From: Aestuariivirga sp.
GTDB lineage: Bacteria; Pseudomonadota; Alphaproteobacteria; Rhizobiales; Aestuariivirgaceae
DNA length: 64,000 nucleotides
Direction: 5' to 3'
Assembly: GCA_041745135.1 (NCBI GenBank)
Contig: JBGTJO010000090.1
Span: 6,494-70,493 of the forward strand
The position numbers were made by a program, and so were the translations under genes. The notes under the pieces were generated by a model. That model saw only the letters and a list, made by a program, of their open reading frames with translations. It did no database searches and was not told where the DNA came from. Positions 20,523-29,374 of this stretch are shown one piece after another; position 1 is the first letter of the stretch, and every line of letters starts with the position of its first letter.

Positions 20523-20675
20523 CCCCTTCCCCCCTCGCGGGGGAAGGTGGCGCGTAGCGCCGGATGAGGGGGCGGCTCAGCCAGTCAGGTGCCACGCGAT
20601 AGGACTCGCTGAGGCAGCCCCCTCATCCCTCTCGCGTCTGCGGCGCGATCCACCTTCCCCCGCAAGGGAAGAAGG
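20523..20675. repeat. Rhizobial intergenic palindromic element (RIME/REP-like), two inverted units
   Basis: CCTTCCCCC..GGGGGAAGGTGG...GGATGAGGGGGC followed by its inverted counterpart GCCCCCTCATCC...CCACCTTCCCCCGCAAGGGAAGAAGG. Confidence 0.78.
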
Positions 20676-20696
20676 AAGAAGTTTTGAAGAGCGCAA

Positions 20697-21641
20697 ATGC
20701 TGAAGTTCACGCTATGGCGCACGGCGCAGGCTGTGCCCGTGCTGCTGGGCGTCAGCTTTATTGTTTTCCTGTCGCTCTATCTGCTTCCGGGAGATGTGAC
20801 GCAACAGCTCCTCGGCCTGGCGGCAAGCGCGGAAAGCATCAAGAGCTTGCGGGAAGAACTTGGCCTGGATGAACCCATCTTGGTGCAATACTGGATATGG
20901 CTGAAGCGAGCCTTGGCGGGCAATCTCGGCTCAAGCCACGTGATGCGCACCGAAGTGCTGCAGGTGGTTGCGAATAAATCTCTCAACTCGCTGGTGCTCA
21001 TGGCATCAAGCCTGGGTTTGGTAATCGTAGCGTCCCTCGCGCTGTCCACGATTTCTGCCTGGAAAAAAGACTCAGCGCTTGACCGGGGCATATCGGCCGC
21101 CATGTTCCTTCTCGCCAGCATGCCCGCTTTTTGGCTGGGGCTGGTGCTCATCGTGTTCTTTGCGGTCAAGCTGCCGATTTTTCCATCGGCGGGAATGTAC
21201 CCGATCACCGGGTCCGGCGGCCTCGCTGATCTTCTCAGGCATCTGGTGCTGCCCACGATCACGACGGCGGCCACATCGCTGGCAATCGTGACGAGGGTCA
21301 CCCGCTCGGCCATAGTCGAGGCGCTCAGTTCGCTTTATATTTCGGCGGCGCGTTCGCGCGGCCTATCGGCGACTTCGATCTTGTATAAACACGCGTTTCG
21401 CAATGTGTTGCCGACATTTGTGAATATCTGCGGATTGCAGATCGGCTATCTGTTCGGCTCGGCGATTTTTTCCGAAATCATCTTTGCGTGGCCGGGCATC
21501 GGCTTTCAGCTCTATAATTCGGTGATCGCGCGGGATGGGCCGATGGTTCAGGGAACCGTCATCGTCATAGCCCTAGTGTTTGTCATCGGCAATCTTCTGG
21601 CGGACCTTATTGTCCGCTGGCTCGATGTTCATCGGACGTGA
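20697..21641 (+). CDS. Peptide ABC permease (DppB-like)
   Basis: LPGD, LGLD.P..VQY..WL, P.FWLG, AARSRGL, F.WPGIG. Confidence 0.92.
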   Translation: MLKFTLWRTAQAVPVLLGVSFIVFLSLYLLPGDVTQQLLGLAASAESIKSLREELGLDEPILVQYWIWLKRALAGNLGSSHVMRTEVLQVVANKSLNSLVLMASSLGLVIVASLALSTISAWKKDSALDRGISAAMFLLASMPAFWLGLVLIVFFAVKLPIFPSAGMYPITGSGGLADLLRHLVLPTITTAATSLAIVTRVTRSAIVEALSSLYISAARSRGLSATSILYKHAFRNVLPTFVNICGLQIGYLFGSAIFSEIIFAWPGIGFQLYNSVIARDGPMVQGTVIVIALVFVIGNLLADLIVRWLDVHRT

Positions 21642-21642
21642 A

Positions 21643-22545
21643 ATGGCAGCGAGTCACGAGAGCATGATGGTCCCGGCCGTGACGGAAACGGCAGCGCGGA
21701 GCTCCGCACTGTTCCGCATTGCACGGACTCTCGCCCGCAACAATTGGACGCTGGGCGGCATAGCCATCGTATCGCTGTTTCTGATCTGTGCGCTTTTTGC
21801 GCCCTGGATCGCACCCTACGATCCCAACGCTTCCTTCATCGAGCTCAGGCTTCGCGGCATCATGACTCCGGGGCATTGGCTCGGCGTCGATACGCAGGGG
21901 CGAGACGTCCTGAGCCGGGTGATATATGGCGCCCGCGTGTCGCTCACGACAGGCGTGGTTCCGGTGGCGATCTCGGCGCTGTTGGCGCTGCCGCTCGGCC
22001 TGCTTGCCGCCTATTTCGAGAAGACGGGTGCTTTCATCATGCGGATCATGGACATCCTTTTCGCATTTCCAATGGTGCTGCTGGCCATCCTGCTCGGCGC
22101 GATGCTGGGGCCGGGCCTCACCAATCTCATTGCAGCGCTGGTCATCGTTCTGCTGCCGTTCAACACAAGAGTGGTTTACACCGAAGCCCTGGTGCAAAAA
22201 CATGCGGGCTATGTGGAGGCCGCCATCGCCCTTGGCACGCCGGCGCACCGCATCCTTTACCGCGAAATTCTGCCGCATGTCGTCTCATCCAGCATCGTCT
22301 ATTCGCTGACGATCGTCGGCACGATCATCATCACCGCCGCCGGCCTTTCCTTCCTTGGGCTTGGAATTCAGCCGCCGACCCCCGACTGGGGCTTGATGAC
22401 CAGCGAAGGCCGCGCCGTTCTGGCGCTGGCGCCGCATGTGGCGACGGTTCCGGGCTTTGCGATCTTCGCGCTGGTGACGGGTTTCAATCTGCTGGGCGAT
22501 GGGCTTCGCGATGCGCTTGATCCGAAAAGCATGGTGCACGGCTGA
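21643..22545 (+). CDS. Peptide ABC permease (DppC-like)
   Basis: HWLG.D..GRDVLSR.IYGAR.SL, YVEAA.ALG, LSFLGLG.QPP.PDWG, FNLLGDGLRDALDP. Confidence 0.93.
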   Translation: MAASHESMMVPAVTETAARSSALFRIARTLARNNWTLGGIAIVSLFLICALFAPWIAPYDPNASFIELRLRGIMTPGHWLGVDTQGRDVLSRVIYGARVSLTTGVVPVAISALLALPLGLLAAYFEKTGAFIMRIMDILFAFPMVLLAILLGAMLGPGLTNLIAALVIVLLPFNTRVVYTEALVQKHAGYVEAAIALGTPAHRILYREILPHVVSSSIVYSLTIVGTIIITAAGLSFLGLGIQPPTPDWGLMTSEGRAVLALAPHVATVPGFAIFALVTGFNLLGDGLRDALDPKSMVHG

Positions 22546-22661
22546 ACCTTACAGATATGTCCAAACCCTGTGCAAAACCTAACAATCTCAAGGGACCTCC
22601 AGCATCTCTCGCGGGGGGAAAGGGCGCTAGAATACATCGACCAGCAACCGGCGTCGGCGCC

Positions 22662-23612
22662 ATGCCAAAGCAGAAGATCGCCTCCTCCGAACGGGCGGGA
22701 ATCAGGTTTTCCCGCAATCTCGACTGGAATCTCCTAAAGGTCTTCCATGAGATCGCCGTGGCCGGTGGCATCAGCAAAGCCGCCATCGAACTGGCCCGCA
22801 AGCAGCCATCGGTCAGCCAGGCGCTCAATCGCCTTGAAAACATGCTCCAGACAAGACTCTGCAACAGGGGTCCTTCGGGTTTTGAACTGACCGACAGCGG
22901 GCGAGAGGCCGCCGCCACATGCGCGGCACTTACCCAAGTGATCAGGAATCTTCCCGATGGCATGGCGGAGGGATGTCCTGAACTGCGGGGGCACTTCCGG
23001 CTGGGGTTGATCAGCAATCTTGTCTGCCCGGAGCTTGACGACGCGCTGAGCTTCTTCCATTCGAAGCATGGCGGCGTCGAGTTCATGCTGGATGTGGCGC
23101 CGTGGACGGACATCATCGATGCACTTCTCCGCGATGAAATCGAGATCGGCATCGCGCCTTCGCGCGTGAAGCGGGCCGAGCTCGAATATCAGTTATTGTT
23201 TTGTGAATCGCACCGGCCCTATTGCGGTAGAGCGAGCGCGCTTTTTGGCCGCGATGTTCTTGATCCCTATGCGGTGGCCGAGCATGAGTTCATTCTCACG
23301 GGGTCCGACGAGCCCGCGGAGCTAACCGAGTTCCGCCTACAATACGGCCACGGGATAAAATCATCGGCGCGAACCGAGCACCTCGAGGAAGCCAAGCGGC
23401 TTACGGTTCTCGGCGTCGGGCTTTGCTATTTGCCGGAAGGCCTGGCGCAGCCCGATGTGGATGCGGGGAAGCTGTGGCCGCTGCTTGGCGACGACATTCC
23501 CCGCATGGACGTGTTCGCCATTCACAACCCCAAGGGCTCGCGCCAGACCATCCGCAGGCGCTTCATCGAGACGCTGACGGAACGATTGAGCCGGTGCAGC
23601 CAAAAGCATTGA
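22662..23612 (+). CDS. LysR family transcriptional regulator
   Basis: LDWNLLK.F, GGISKAA..L...QPSVSQAL.RLE. Confidence 0.92.
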   Translation: MPKQKIASSERAGIRFSRNLDWNLLKVFHEIAVAGGISKAAIELARKQPSVSQALNRLENMLQTRLCNRGPSGFELTDSGREAAATCAALTQVIRNLPDGMAEGCPELRGHFRLGLISNLVCPELDDALSFFHSKHGGVEFMLDVAPWTDIIDALLRDEIEIGIAPSRVKRAELEYQLLFCESHRPYCGRASALFGRDVLDPYAVAEHEFILTGSDEPAELTEFRLQYGHGIKSSARTEHLEEAKRLTVLGVGLCYLPEGLAQPDVDAGKLWPLLGDDIPRMDVFAIHNPKGSRQTIRRRFIETLTERLSRCSQKH

Positions 23613-23623
23613 TCGCATCAATT
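23607..23623. promoter_or_regulatory. CATTGAT-CGC-ATCAATT, candidate LysR box upstream of the guanidine-hydrolase-like gene
   Basis: Matches the 14510 and 16780 palindromes and overlaps the LysR stop codon. Confidence 0.58.
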
Positions 23624-23702
23624 CGGGATATTGGGCTTTCGGCAGTTGATGGACGGCGGGAGACATTGAACACTTGCTCTCCGTGAATGCTGGAGGGGTT
23701 GA

Positions 23703-24884
23703 GTGTCAAAAGATACGGAAAAAATGCGCCGCGATACGGATGGGGCGGAAAAAATGGAGCGGCTCTCCCGCATCTCGCAGAAAAAGCAGGGCGAGGAGGT
23801 CACAAAGTCGCTGGCGTTTGGACTGGAGGCCGCCCCTTCGGTCATCGATCGCACCATTTCCTGTTTCAGCCGGGGGCATCAGCCGGCCTTTGCCGGCATC
23901 AACACCTTCATGAAGGCGCCCTATTGCGAGGACATCCGCCAAATCGGCGCGCATGAAGCGGCCTTCATCGGCGTTCCTTTCGATACCGGCACCACATATC
24001 GCACGGGAACCCGCTTCGGCCCGCAAGCGGTGCGCAGGATTTCGGCTCTGTATGACGGCTACTGGTTCGATGGCGGGGTTGATATCTACGAGGAGCTTGA
24101 TCTTTGCGACGCGGGCGATGTGTTCGTTATTCCGGGGAATATCGAAAAGACCTTCGATCAAGTGACCAAGGCCATCTCCCACATTTATACCTCGGGGGTG
24201 TTCCCCATCATCTGCGGCGGCGATCACAGCCTGGGTTTTCCGAATGTGCGGGGGATTGCGCCCCATATCGACGGCAATGTCGGCATCATCCATATCGATC
24301 GGCATATCGATATCCAGGAAAAGGATATGGACGAGCGGATGCATACGACGCCGTGGTTCTGGACCACCCATGAGGGCGGCGCCCATAGCCACCGCGACCA
24401 CAGCCATATGCATGATGTCGGATTGCCAAACTGCCACCCGAAAAATCTGGTGCAAGTTGGAATTGGCGGCTGGTACGGCAACCGTCCAGGAACGGCGGTG
24501 GCGCGGCGGCGCGGCACAAGCGTTATGACCATGCATGACGTGGAGAAGCACGGTCCTAGGAAGGCCGCTGAAATGGCGCTGGAGATGGCGTGGGATGGCT
24601 GCAAGGCGGTTTATCTTTCCTTCGACATCGACTCGATCGACCCCGGTTTTGCGCCCGGTACGGGAAGCCCGGAGCCCGGCGGCCTGTTGCCGCGTGAAGC
24701 GTTCGAGATGATTCACACGATCGCCGCGGAGGGTTTGTGTGGAATGGAAGTGGTCGAGGTTTCGCCGCCCTACGATGTCAATGACAACACAGCCCAATTG
24801 GCCTGCCGCGTGGTGCTCGACGTGCTCGGGACACTGATTGCCAAGGGCAAGCTCGGACATCGGGCAGAGGCGATGAAAAGCTAA
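23703..24884 (+). CDS. Ureohydrolase of the guanidine hydrolase (GdmH/Sll1077)-like clade with a His-rich insertion
   Basis: N-terminal GLEAA.S..DR.I..FSRG..P.FAGINTFMKAPY, GGDHS, DRHID.QE.D.DERMHT.PW, SFDID.ID.GF.PGTG.PEPGGL.PREA, recognised against GdmH from memory. Confidence 0.85.
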   Translation: MSKDTEKMRRDTDGAEKMERLSRISQKKQGEEVTKSLAFGLEAAPSVIDRTISCFSRGHQPAFAGINTFMKAPYCEDIRQIGAHEAAFIGVPFDTGTTYRTGTRFGPQAVRRISALYDGYWFDGGVDIYEELDLCDAGDVFVIPGNIEKTFDQVTKAISHIYTSGVFPIICGGDHSLGFPNVRGIAPHIDGNVGIIHIDRHIDIQEKDMDERMHTTPWFWTTHEGGAHSHRDHSHMHDVGLPNCHPKNLVQVGIGGWYGNRPGTAVARRRGTSVMTMHDVEKHGPRKAAEMALEMAWDGCKAVYLSFDIDSIDPGFAPGTGSPEPGGLLPREAFEMIHTIAAEGLCGMEVVEVSPPYDVNDNTAQLACRVVLDVLGTLIAKGKLGHRAEAMKS

Positions 24885-24916
24885 ATCACTGCAACCAAGG
24901 AAAGCGCGAGGAAAAA

Positions 24917-25429
24917 ATGCCGGCCAGGATCATTGCCCTTCTTGTCATGATGGTTGCGGCGTCGAGTGGGGCTCATGCCCATACGGGCGCCGGTATTCAG
25001 TCGGGATTCCTGCATCCGATGCTGGGTTGGGATCATTTGATCGCCATGGTCGGTGTTGGTGTGTGGGCGTCCGCGATCGGCGGCTCCGCAATGTGGAAGA
25101 TCCCCGTGGGCTTTATGGTTTCCATGATGATTGGCGGAATTCTGGGAATCTACGGTGTTGCCGTTCCGTTGGTGGAGCTGACGATCCTTATGTCCGTGGG
25201 GGCGATTACGGTGCTTTGGCTGCTAAAGATTAGAATGTCAGGCTGGACCGGAGCGGGAGTCGCGGGAGTCTTTGCAATCGCCCATGGCTATGCCCATGGG
25301 GCGGAGATTCCGCCGGGAATATCGCCAGTGCTGTTCGCCTTGGGGTTTGTTGCGGCTACCGGCGTGTTGCACGCGCTTGGTCTGTGTCTTGGGCAATGGA
25401 AGGTATCGCGGCTGAAGCGCGCTGATTAG
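24917..25429 (+). CDS. HupE/UreJ family nickel transporter
   Basis: Signal ending AHAH, GFLHP..G.DHL.AM, F...HGYAHG.E, T..LH. Confidence 0.92.
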   Translation: MPARIIALLVMMVAASSGAHAHTGAGIQSGFLHPMLGWDHLIAMVGVGVWASAIGGSAMWKIPVGFMVSMMIGGILGIYGVAVPLVELTILMSVGAITVLWLLKIRMSGWTGAGVAGVFAIAHGYAHGAEIPPGISPVLFALGFVAATGVLHALGLCLGQWKVSRLKRAD

Positions 25430-25456
25430 ACGGGGCCCGCATGCTCCTTTCAGGCC

Positions 25457-26185
25457 ATGCACCTCAAAGGTAAGATAGCGCTGGTAACTGGCGCGGCCAG
25501 GGGGATCGGGGCCGAATGCGCCTTCGAATTGGCGCGACAGGGCGCGACGACGATATGCTCGGATATCTTGTCTTTAGAGGCGACCGTCGAACACATTCTT
25601 GCGCAAGGTGGTGTTGCCCAAGGCCTCATCTGCGACCTCTCGAAAGAAAGCGAGACAATAAACCTCATTGAGACGCTCGGGAATACCCATGGCGGTCTTG
25701 ATCACCTTGTTCACTGCGCCGGTATTTTTATTGAGAAACCGCTTCTGGAAACAACGGCGGCAGACTTCGATCGCATCATCGGCGTGAATTTGCGGGGGAC
25801 GTTCCTCATCGGCCGCGAGGCGTTGCGCATCATGAAAACCGGATCGGCGACCTTTGTCGCTTCCGATCTCGCCTATATGGGCCGGGCCAATCACAGTGCC
25901 TACGCGGCCTCCAAGCACGCCGTCATGGGGCTGGTCCGGTCATGGGCGCATGAATTCGCGCCTTCTATCCGAGTCAATGCCCTGTGCCCCGGCCCAACAA
26001 ACACGGAAATGACGTCACCCGCCCATTTGTCGGACGAGGCGCGGGAAAAAGAACTGTTGCTTCCCTTGCGCCGGTTTGCGGAACCTCGGGAAATCGCCGC
26101 GGTTGCGGGCTTTCTGGCAAGCCCGCTGGCGGGCTTCATCACCGGTCAGGGAATCGGAGTAAATGGCGGTTCGGTAATGCCGTAG
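25457..26185 (+). CDS. Short-chain dehydrogenase/reductase
   Basis: TGAARGIG, YAASK, VNALCPGP. Confidence 0.92.
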   Translation: MHLKGKIALVTGAARGIGAECAFELARQGATTICSDILSLEATVEHILAQGGVAQGLICDLSKESETINLIETLGNTHGGLDHLVHCAGIFIEKPLLETTAADFDRIIGVNLRGTFLIGREALRIMKTGSATFVASDLAYMGRANHSAYAASKHAVMGLVRSWAHEFAPSIRVNALCPGPTNTEMTSPAHLSDEAREKELLLPLRRFAEPREIAAVAGFLASPLAGFITGQGIGVNGGSVMP

Positions 26186-26296
26186 CGCCTGGGCTGGCAC
26201 GAATAGATGCTTCGCATAACTAAAATTGATGTGTTCAACCGGCAGCAAGTGAAACATCCTGTATCCGGCAATCCATAACTTGCCAAATCGGATGAA

Positions 26297-27073
26297 ATGC
26301 ACCGTTTCGATTTCAAGAATCGTGTTGTTGTTTTGACGGGGGGATCGAGGGGCATTGGGCTTGGCATCGCGCAAGCTTTCTGTCGCACCGATGCGACACT
26401 CCATATTGTCGCAATCGACTCCGGGCTTCCTACCGCGGTGCGCGAACTATCGGCCATTGGCCAAGGCAGCGTAACGGGACACCTTTGCGACATAACGGAG
26501 AGCGCCGCCATTCAGGACTGCATAGACGGCATCGGGAATATCGATGTGTTTATCGCCAACGCAGGGATTGAGCGGCTTACGCCGATCGAGGATCTGAGCG
26601 AGGAGGCCGAGTCGGACTTCCGGAAGATCATCAACGTCAACATCATCGGAACCTATCTTTCCATTCGTGCCGCAGTGAAGAATATGAAGTCCGGCGCCAG
26701 CATTATCCTGACATCGTCCGTGTGGGGAAAATCCGCTGCCGGGGCCTTTGGCGCTTACGTTGCATCGAAACACGCTAATATCGGCTTCATGCGAAGCCTC
26801 GCGCGCGAACTGGGCCCGAAGGGGATCAGGGTCAATTGCGTTTGCCCGGGCTGGGTTGAGACGGATGCCGCGATGCGCTCCTTGAACAAGATGTCGGCTC
26901 GATCGGGGCGCCCTGAACCCGAAATTCTGGGCGAGGTCATCGCCTCGCAATGTCTTCCGGGGTTGCAGGAACCCGCCGACATAGCGGCCCTGTACCTCTT
27001 TCTCGCAAGTTCTTTGTCCCGGAACATCACCGGCCAGGCGATCAATGCCGATCGCGGCGAATTCCTGGGTTAA
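26297..27073 (+). CDS. Short-chain dehydrogenase/reductase
   Basis: TGGSRGIG, NAG, YVASK, VNCVCPGW. Confidence 0.92.
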   Translation: MHRFDFKNRVVVLTGGSRGIGLGIAQAFCRTDATLHIVAIDSGLPTAVRELSAIGQGSVTGHLCDITESAAIQDCIDGIGNIDVFIANAGIERLTPIEDLSEEAESDFRKIINVNIIGTYLSIRAAVKNMKSGASIILTSSVWGKSAAGAFGAYVASKHANIGFMRSLARELGPKGIRVNCVCPGWVETDAAMRSLNKMSARSGRPEPEILGEVIASQCLPGLQEPADIAALYLFLASSLSRNITGQAINADRGEFLG

Positions 27074-27086
27074 AAAAGGGCACACG

Positions 27087-27869
27087 ATGTATGAAAATGG
27101 CTTGAGGCTCGATGGAAAAACCGCGCTTATTGTCGGTGCCAGCAGCGGGATTGGATTTGAAGTGGCGAAGGAATTCGCCTTGCAAGGGGCCAATGTAACC
27201 ATCCTGGCCAATGATCCAGCCATTGAGGGCGCTGCCGCTGCAATCAGCAAATGCGCCTGCCGCCCCGTATCCCATATTCTATGCGATATCACCGACCGCA
27301 CCGGGCTTAACCGGAAGCTAGCACCCCTCCAACGTATTGACCTCCTGGTTCACAATGCCGGCTATGAACGGCTGACGCCGCTTGCCAGTCCCGGTCCTGA
27401 AGTCGAGGAGGCTTTCCGCAAGATCGTCGATGTCAATCTATTCGGCGCCTATTATGTGACGCGCGAAGTCGTGCCGAGGATGCCCGATGGCGGGCGGATC
27501 ATCTATACAGCGTCGACTTACGCAAAATATGCGATCTCAAGAATGTCCGGCTACGCCAGCTCCAAGCATGCTCTCGTTGGAATGATGCGCACGTTTTCAC
27601 ACGAGCTCGGCGCCCGCCGGATCACGGTGAACGCGGTCTGTCCAGGATGGGTGAATACCGAGTTTTCCAACCGGTCGGTGCGTGAGATCGCCGCGGAGAC
27701 CGGGCGGACATTTCAGGATGTCGGCAATGACGTGCTCTCGCTTCAGGCTATTGAGGGACATCTGGAGCCCCGCGACATCGTGGGGGGCTATCTCTTCCTG
27801 GCCTCCGACCTCGCCAAGGATGTGAGCGGCCAGACGATCCATATCGACCGGGGCGAATATCAGAATTAG
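27087..27869 (+). CDS. Short-chain dehydrogenase/reductase, paralog of 26297-27073
   Basis: GASSGIG, NAGYERLTP, YASSK, VNAVCPGW. Confidence 0.92.
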   Translation: MYENGLRLDGKTALIVGASSGIGFEVAKEFALQGANVTILANDPAIEGAAAAISKCACRPVSHILCDITDRTGLNRKLAPLQRIDLLVHNAGYERLTPLASPGPEVEEAFRKIVDVNLFGAYYVTREVVPRMPDGGRIIYTASTYAKYAISRMSGYASSKHALVGMMRTFSHELGARRITVNAVCPGWVNTEFSNRSVREIAAETGRTFQDVGNDVLSLQAIEGHLEPRDIVGGYLFLASDLAKDVSGQTIHIDRGEYQN

Positions 27870-28010
27870 CATGAACCCCGCCGCCGGGAACCGCAGGAAA
27901 GGGGCAGCCGTCCCCATTGATTTTACGTATGCAAATGATTGCGATTTCTCCACTTTCTCAAATCTGCCGGCTGATCGACGTTAGACAACCGAGAAGTTGA
28001 AATCCGTCCC

Positions 28011-28026
28011 TTGGCATGTGTGTAGC
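28011..28026 (+). promoter_or_regulatory. Candidate sigma-54 (-24/-12) promoter
   Basis: TTGGCATGTGTGTAGC has exact GG-N10-GC spacing, ~46 nt upstream of the 28073 start. Confidence 0.5.
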
Positions 28027-28072
28027 CAGGGAAGGCTGGCTTTGAGCAAAATCAATAACAAGGGAGGAAAAG

Positions 28073-29260
28073 ATGAACCGTTTGATGGAAAGACTGAACA
28101 AAGCAGGTTTGATTGAAGCGCGTCCCGATGGACTTGTGCGTATCCGCACGGTTGGTTCGGGCATGACAAGACGCCAGGTATCGCGGCTTCTCTTGGCGGG
28201 AACGGGCGCGGCGGTGTTGGGATGGCCCGGAGAAAGCCATGCCGCCGGGGAGGTTCGCTATATGGGCTGGCAGGGTTACGAAGAGGCTTTCAGCGCGGGT
28301 GGCTTTGCCGCCAATAATGGCATCACGATCAGCACCACGTTCCAGAACGATAACGGCCAGGCCATGACGGCGATCGCCAATGGCGGCAAGGGCAACATGG
28401 ATATCGTGTCGCCCGACACCGCCTACACATCGCTGATGGGAAAGATCGGCATGCTCGAGGCCATCGATGTTTCGCGCGTGCCCAATTTCGCGAAGCTTGA
28501 TCCCTTCTTCCAAAAGAACGAAGGCATTCGGATCAACGACCAGATATACGCGCTGCCCTTCGCCTGGACGATTATTCCGCTCATGTACAATCCGAAATAC
28601 ATACCGGAGGCGCCCCAGTCCTGGTTCGATGTCCTCAAGCCCGAGTATAAGGGTAAGGTCGGACTCACCAACGATTTGATCTCGGCGATTGTTTGCTATT
28701 CGCTCGCGGTTACCAAAAGAGTCGATGCGACGAGGATCACGAAGGCGGAGCTGCAAGAGGTCCTTGATCTTTTGATCAATATAAAAAAGAACCACGCTCG
28801 GACCGTTGCGTCGAGCTATGGGGAACTCACCGATCTCCTTGCCAGCGGGGAGATCTGGATCACGCAAGGGTGGGTGCCGGTTCAGCTATGGGCGAAGGCC
28901 AAAGGTGCCGTTGTAAGCTGGACGATTCCCAAGGAGGGCGCGCATGTCCCGATCGATTGCCTCGCGATCGTAAAGGACTCACCGCACCTCGATAACACCT
29001 ATCTCGTCCTCAATCATGCCATAAGTGCCGAGGCTCAGGCGCATGCCGCGAATATCAACGCGACAGGCGTCACCAATCCGGGCGCCATTGCCTTGCTGAG
29101 CAAGGAGGTGCTCGAGATTCAGCCACATGACGACATCCCTGGCTTCTTCAAAAAGACGACAGGAGGCCAGCCCTTACCGCTGTGGCCGAGCGAACCCGAT
29201 GGCGATCTGGCGACCTTTGACGATGTGCTGACCGCCTGGGACAAATTCATGGCGGCCTAG
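28073..29260 (+). CDS. PotD/PotF-family substrate-binding protein with a Tat-like signal
   Basis: Strong RBS GGAGG. TRRQVSRLLLAG...SHA signal, W.GY, D.S..PN, YNP, PKEG. Confidence 0.88.
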   Translation: MNRLMERLNKAGLIEARPDGLVRIRTVGSGMTRRQVSRLLLAGTGAAVLGWPGESHAAGEVRYMGWQGYEEAFSAGGFAANNGITISTTFQNDNGQAMTAIANGGKGNMDIVSPDTAYTSLMGKIGMLEAIDVSRVPNFAKLDPFFQKNEGIRINDQIYALPFAWTIIPLMYNPKYIPEAPQSWFDVLKPEYKGKVGLTNDLISAIVCYSLAVTKRVDATRITKAELQEVLDLLINIKKNHARTVASSYGELTDLLASGEIWITQGWVPVQLWAKAKGAVVSWTIPKEGAHVPIDCLAIVKDSPHLDNTYLVLNHAISAEAQAHAANINATGVTNPGAIALLSKEVLEIQPHDDIPGFFKKTTGGQPLPLWPSEPDGDLATFDDVLTAWDKFMAA

Positions 29261-29374
29261 GCTTCGAGCTTATGCCGGCGCTTCCGGTGATCGGATGTAG
29301 CAGTTAGAGTGCGGCCTTTGATGTACCAGGACCCGTGTTCGGCCAGCGCGGCCTACGCAAGGCACCAGGAGCAG

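Noticed and set aside
23613-23702. Guanidine riboswitch upstream of the GdmH-like gene
   Set aside because: Only a short ACGGCGGGA resemblance; no full ykkC 3' motif and no twin ACGR hairpins.
26195-26210. Sigma-54 promoter TGGCACG...TGC
   Set aside because: GG-to-GC spacing is 11 nt rather than 10.
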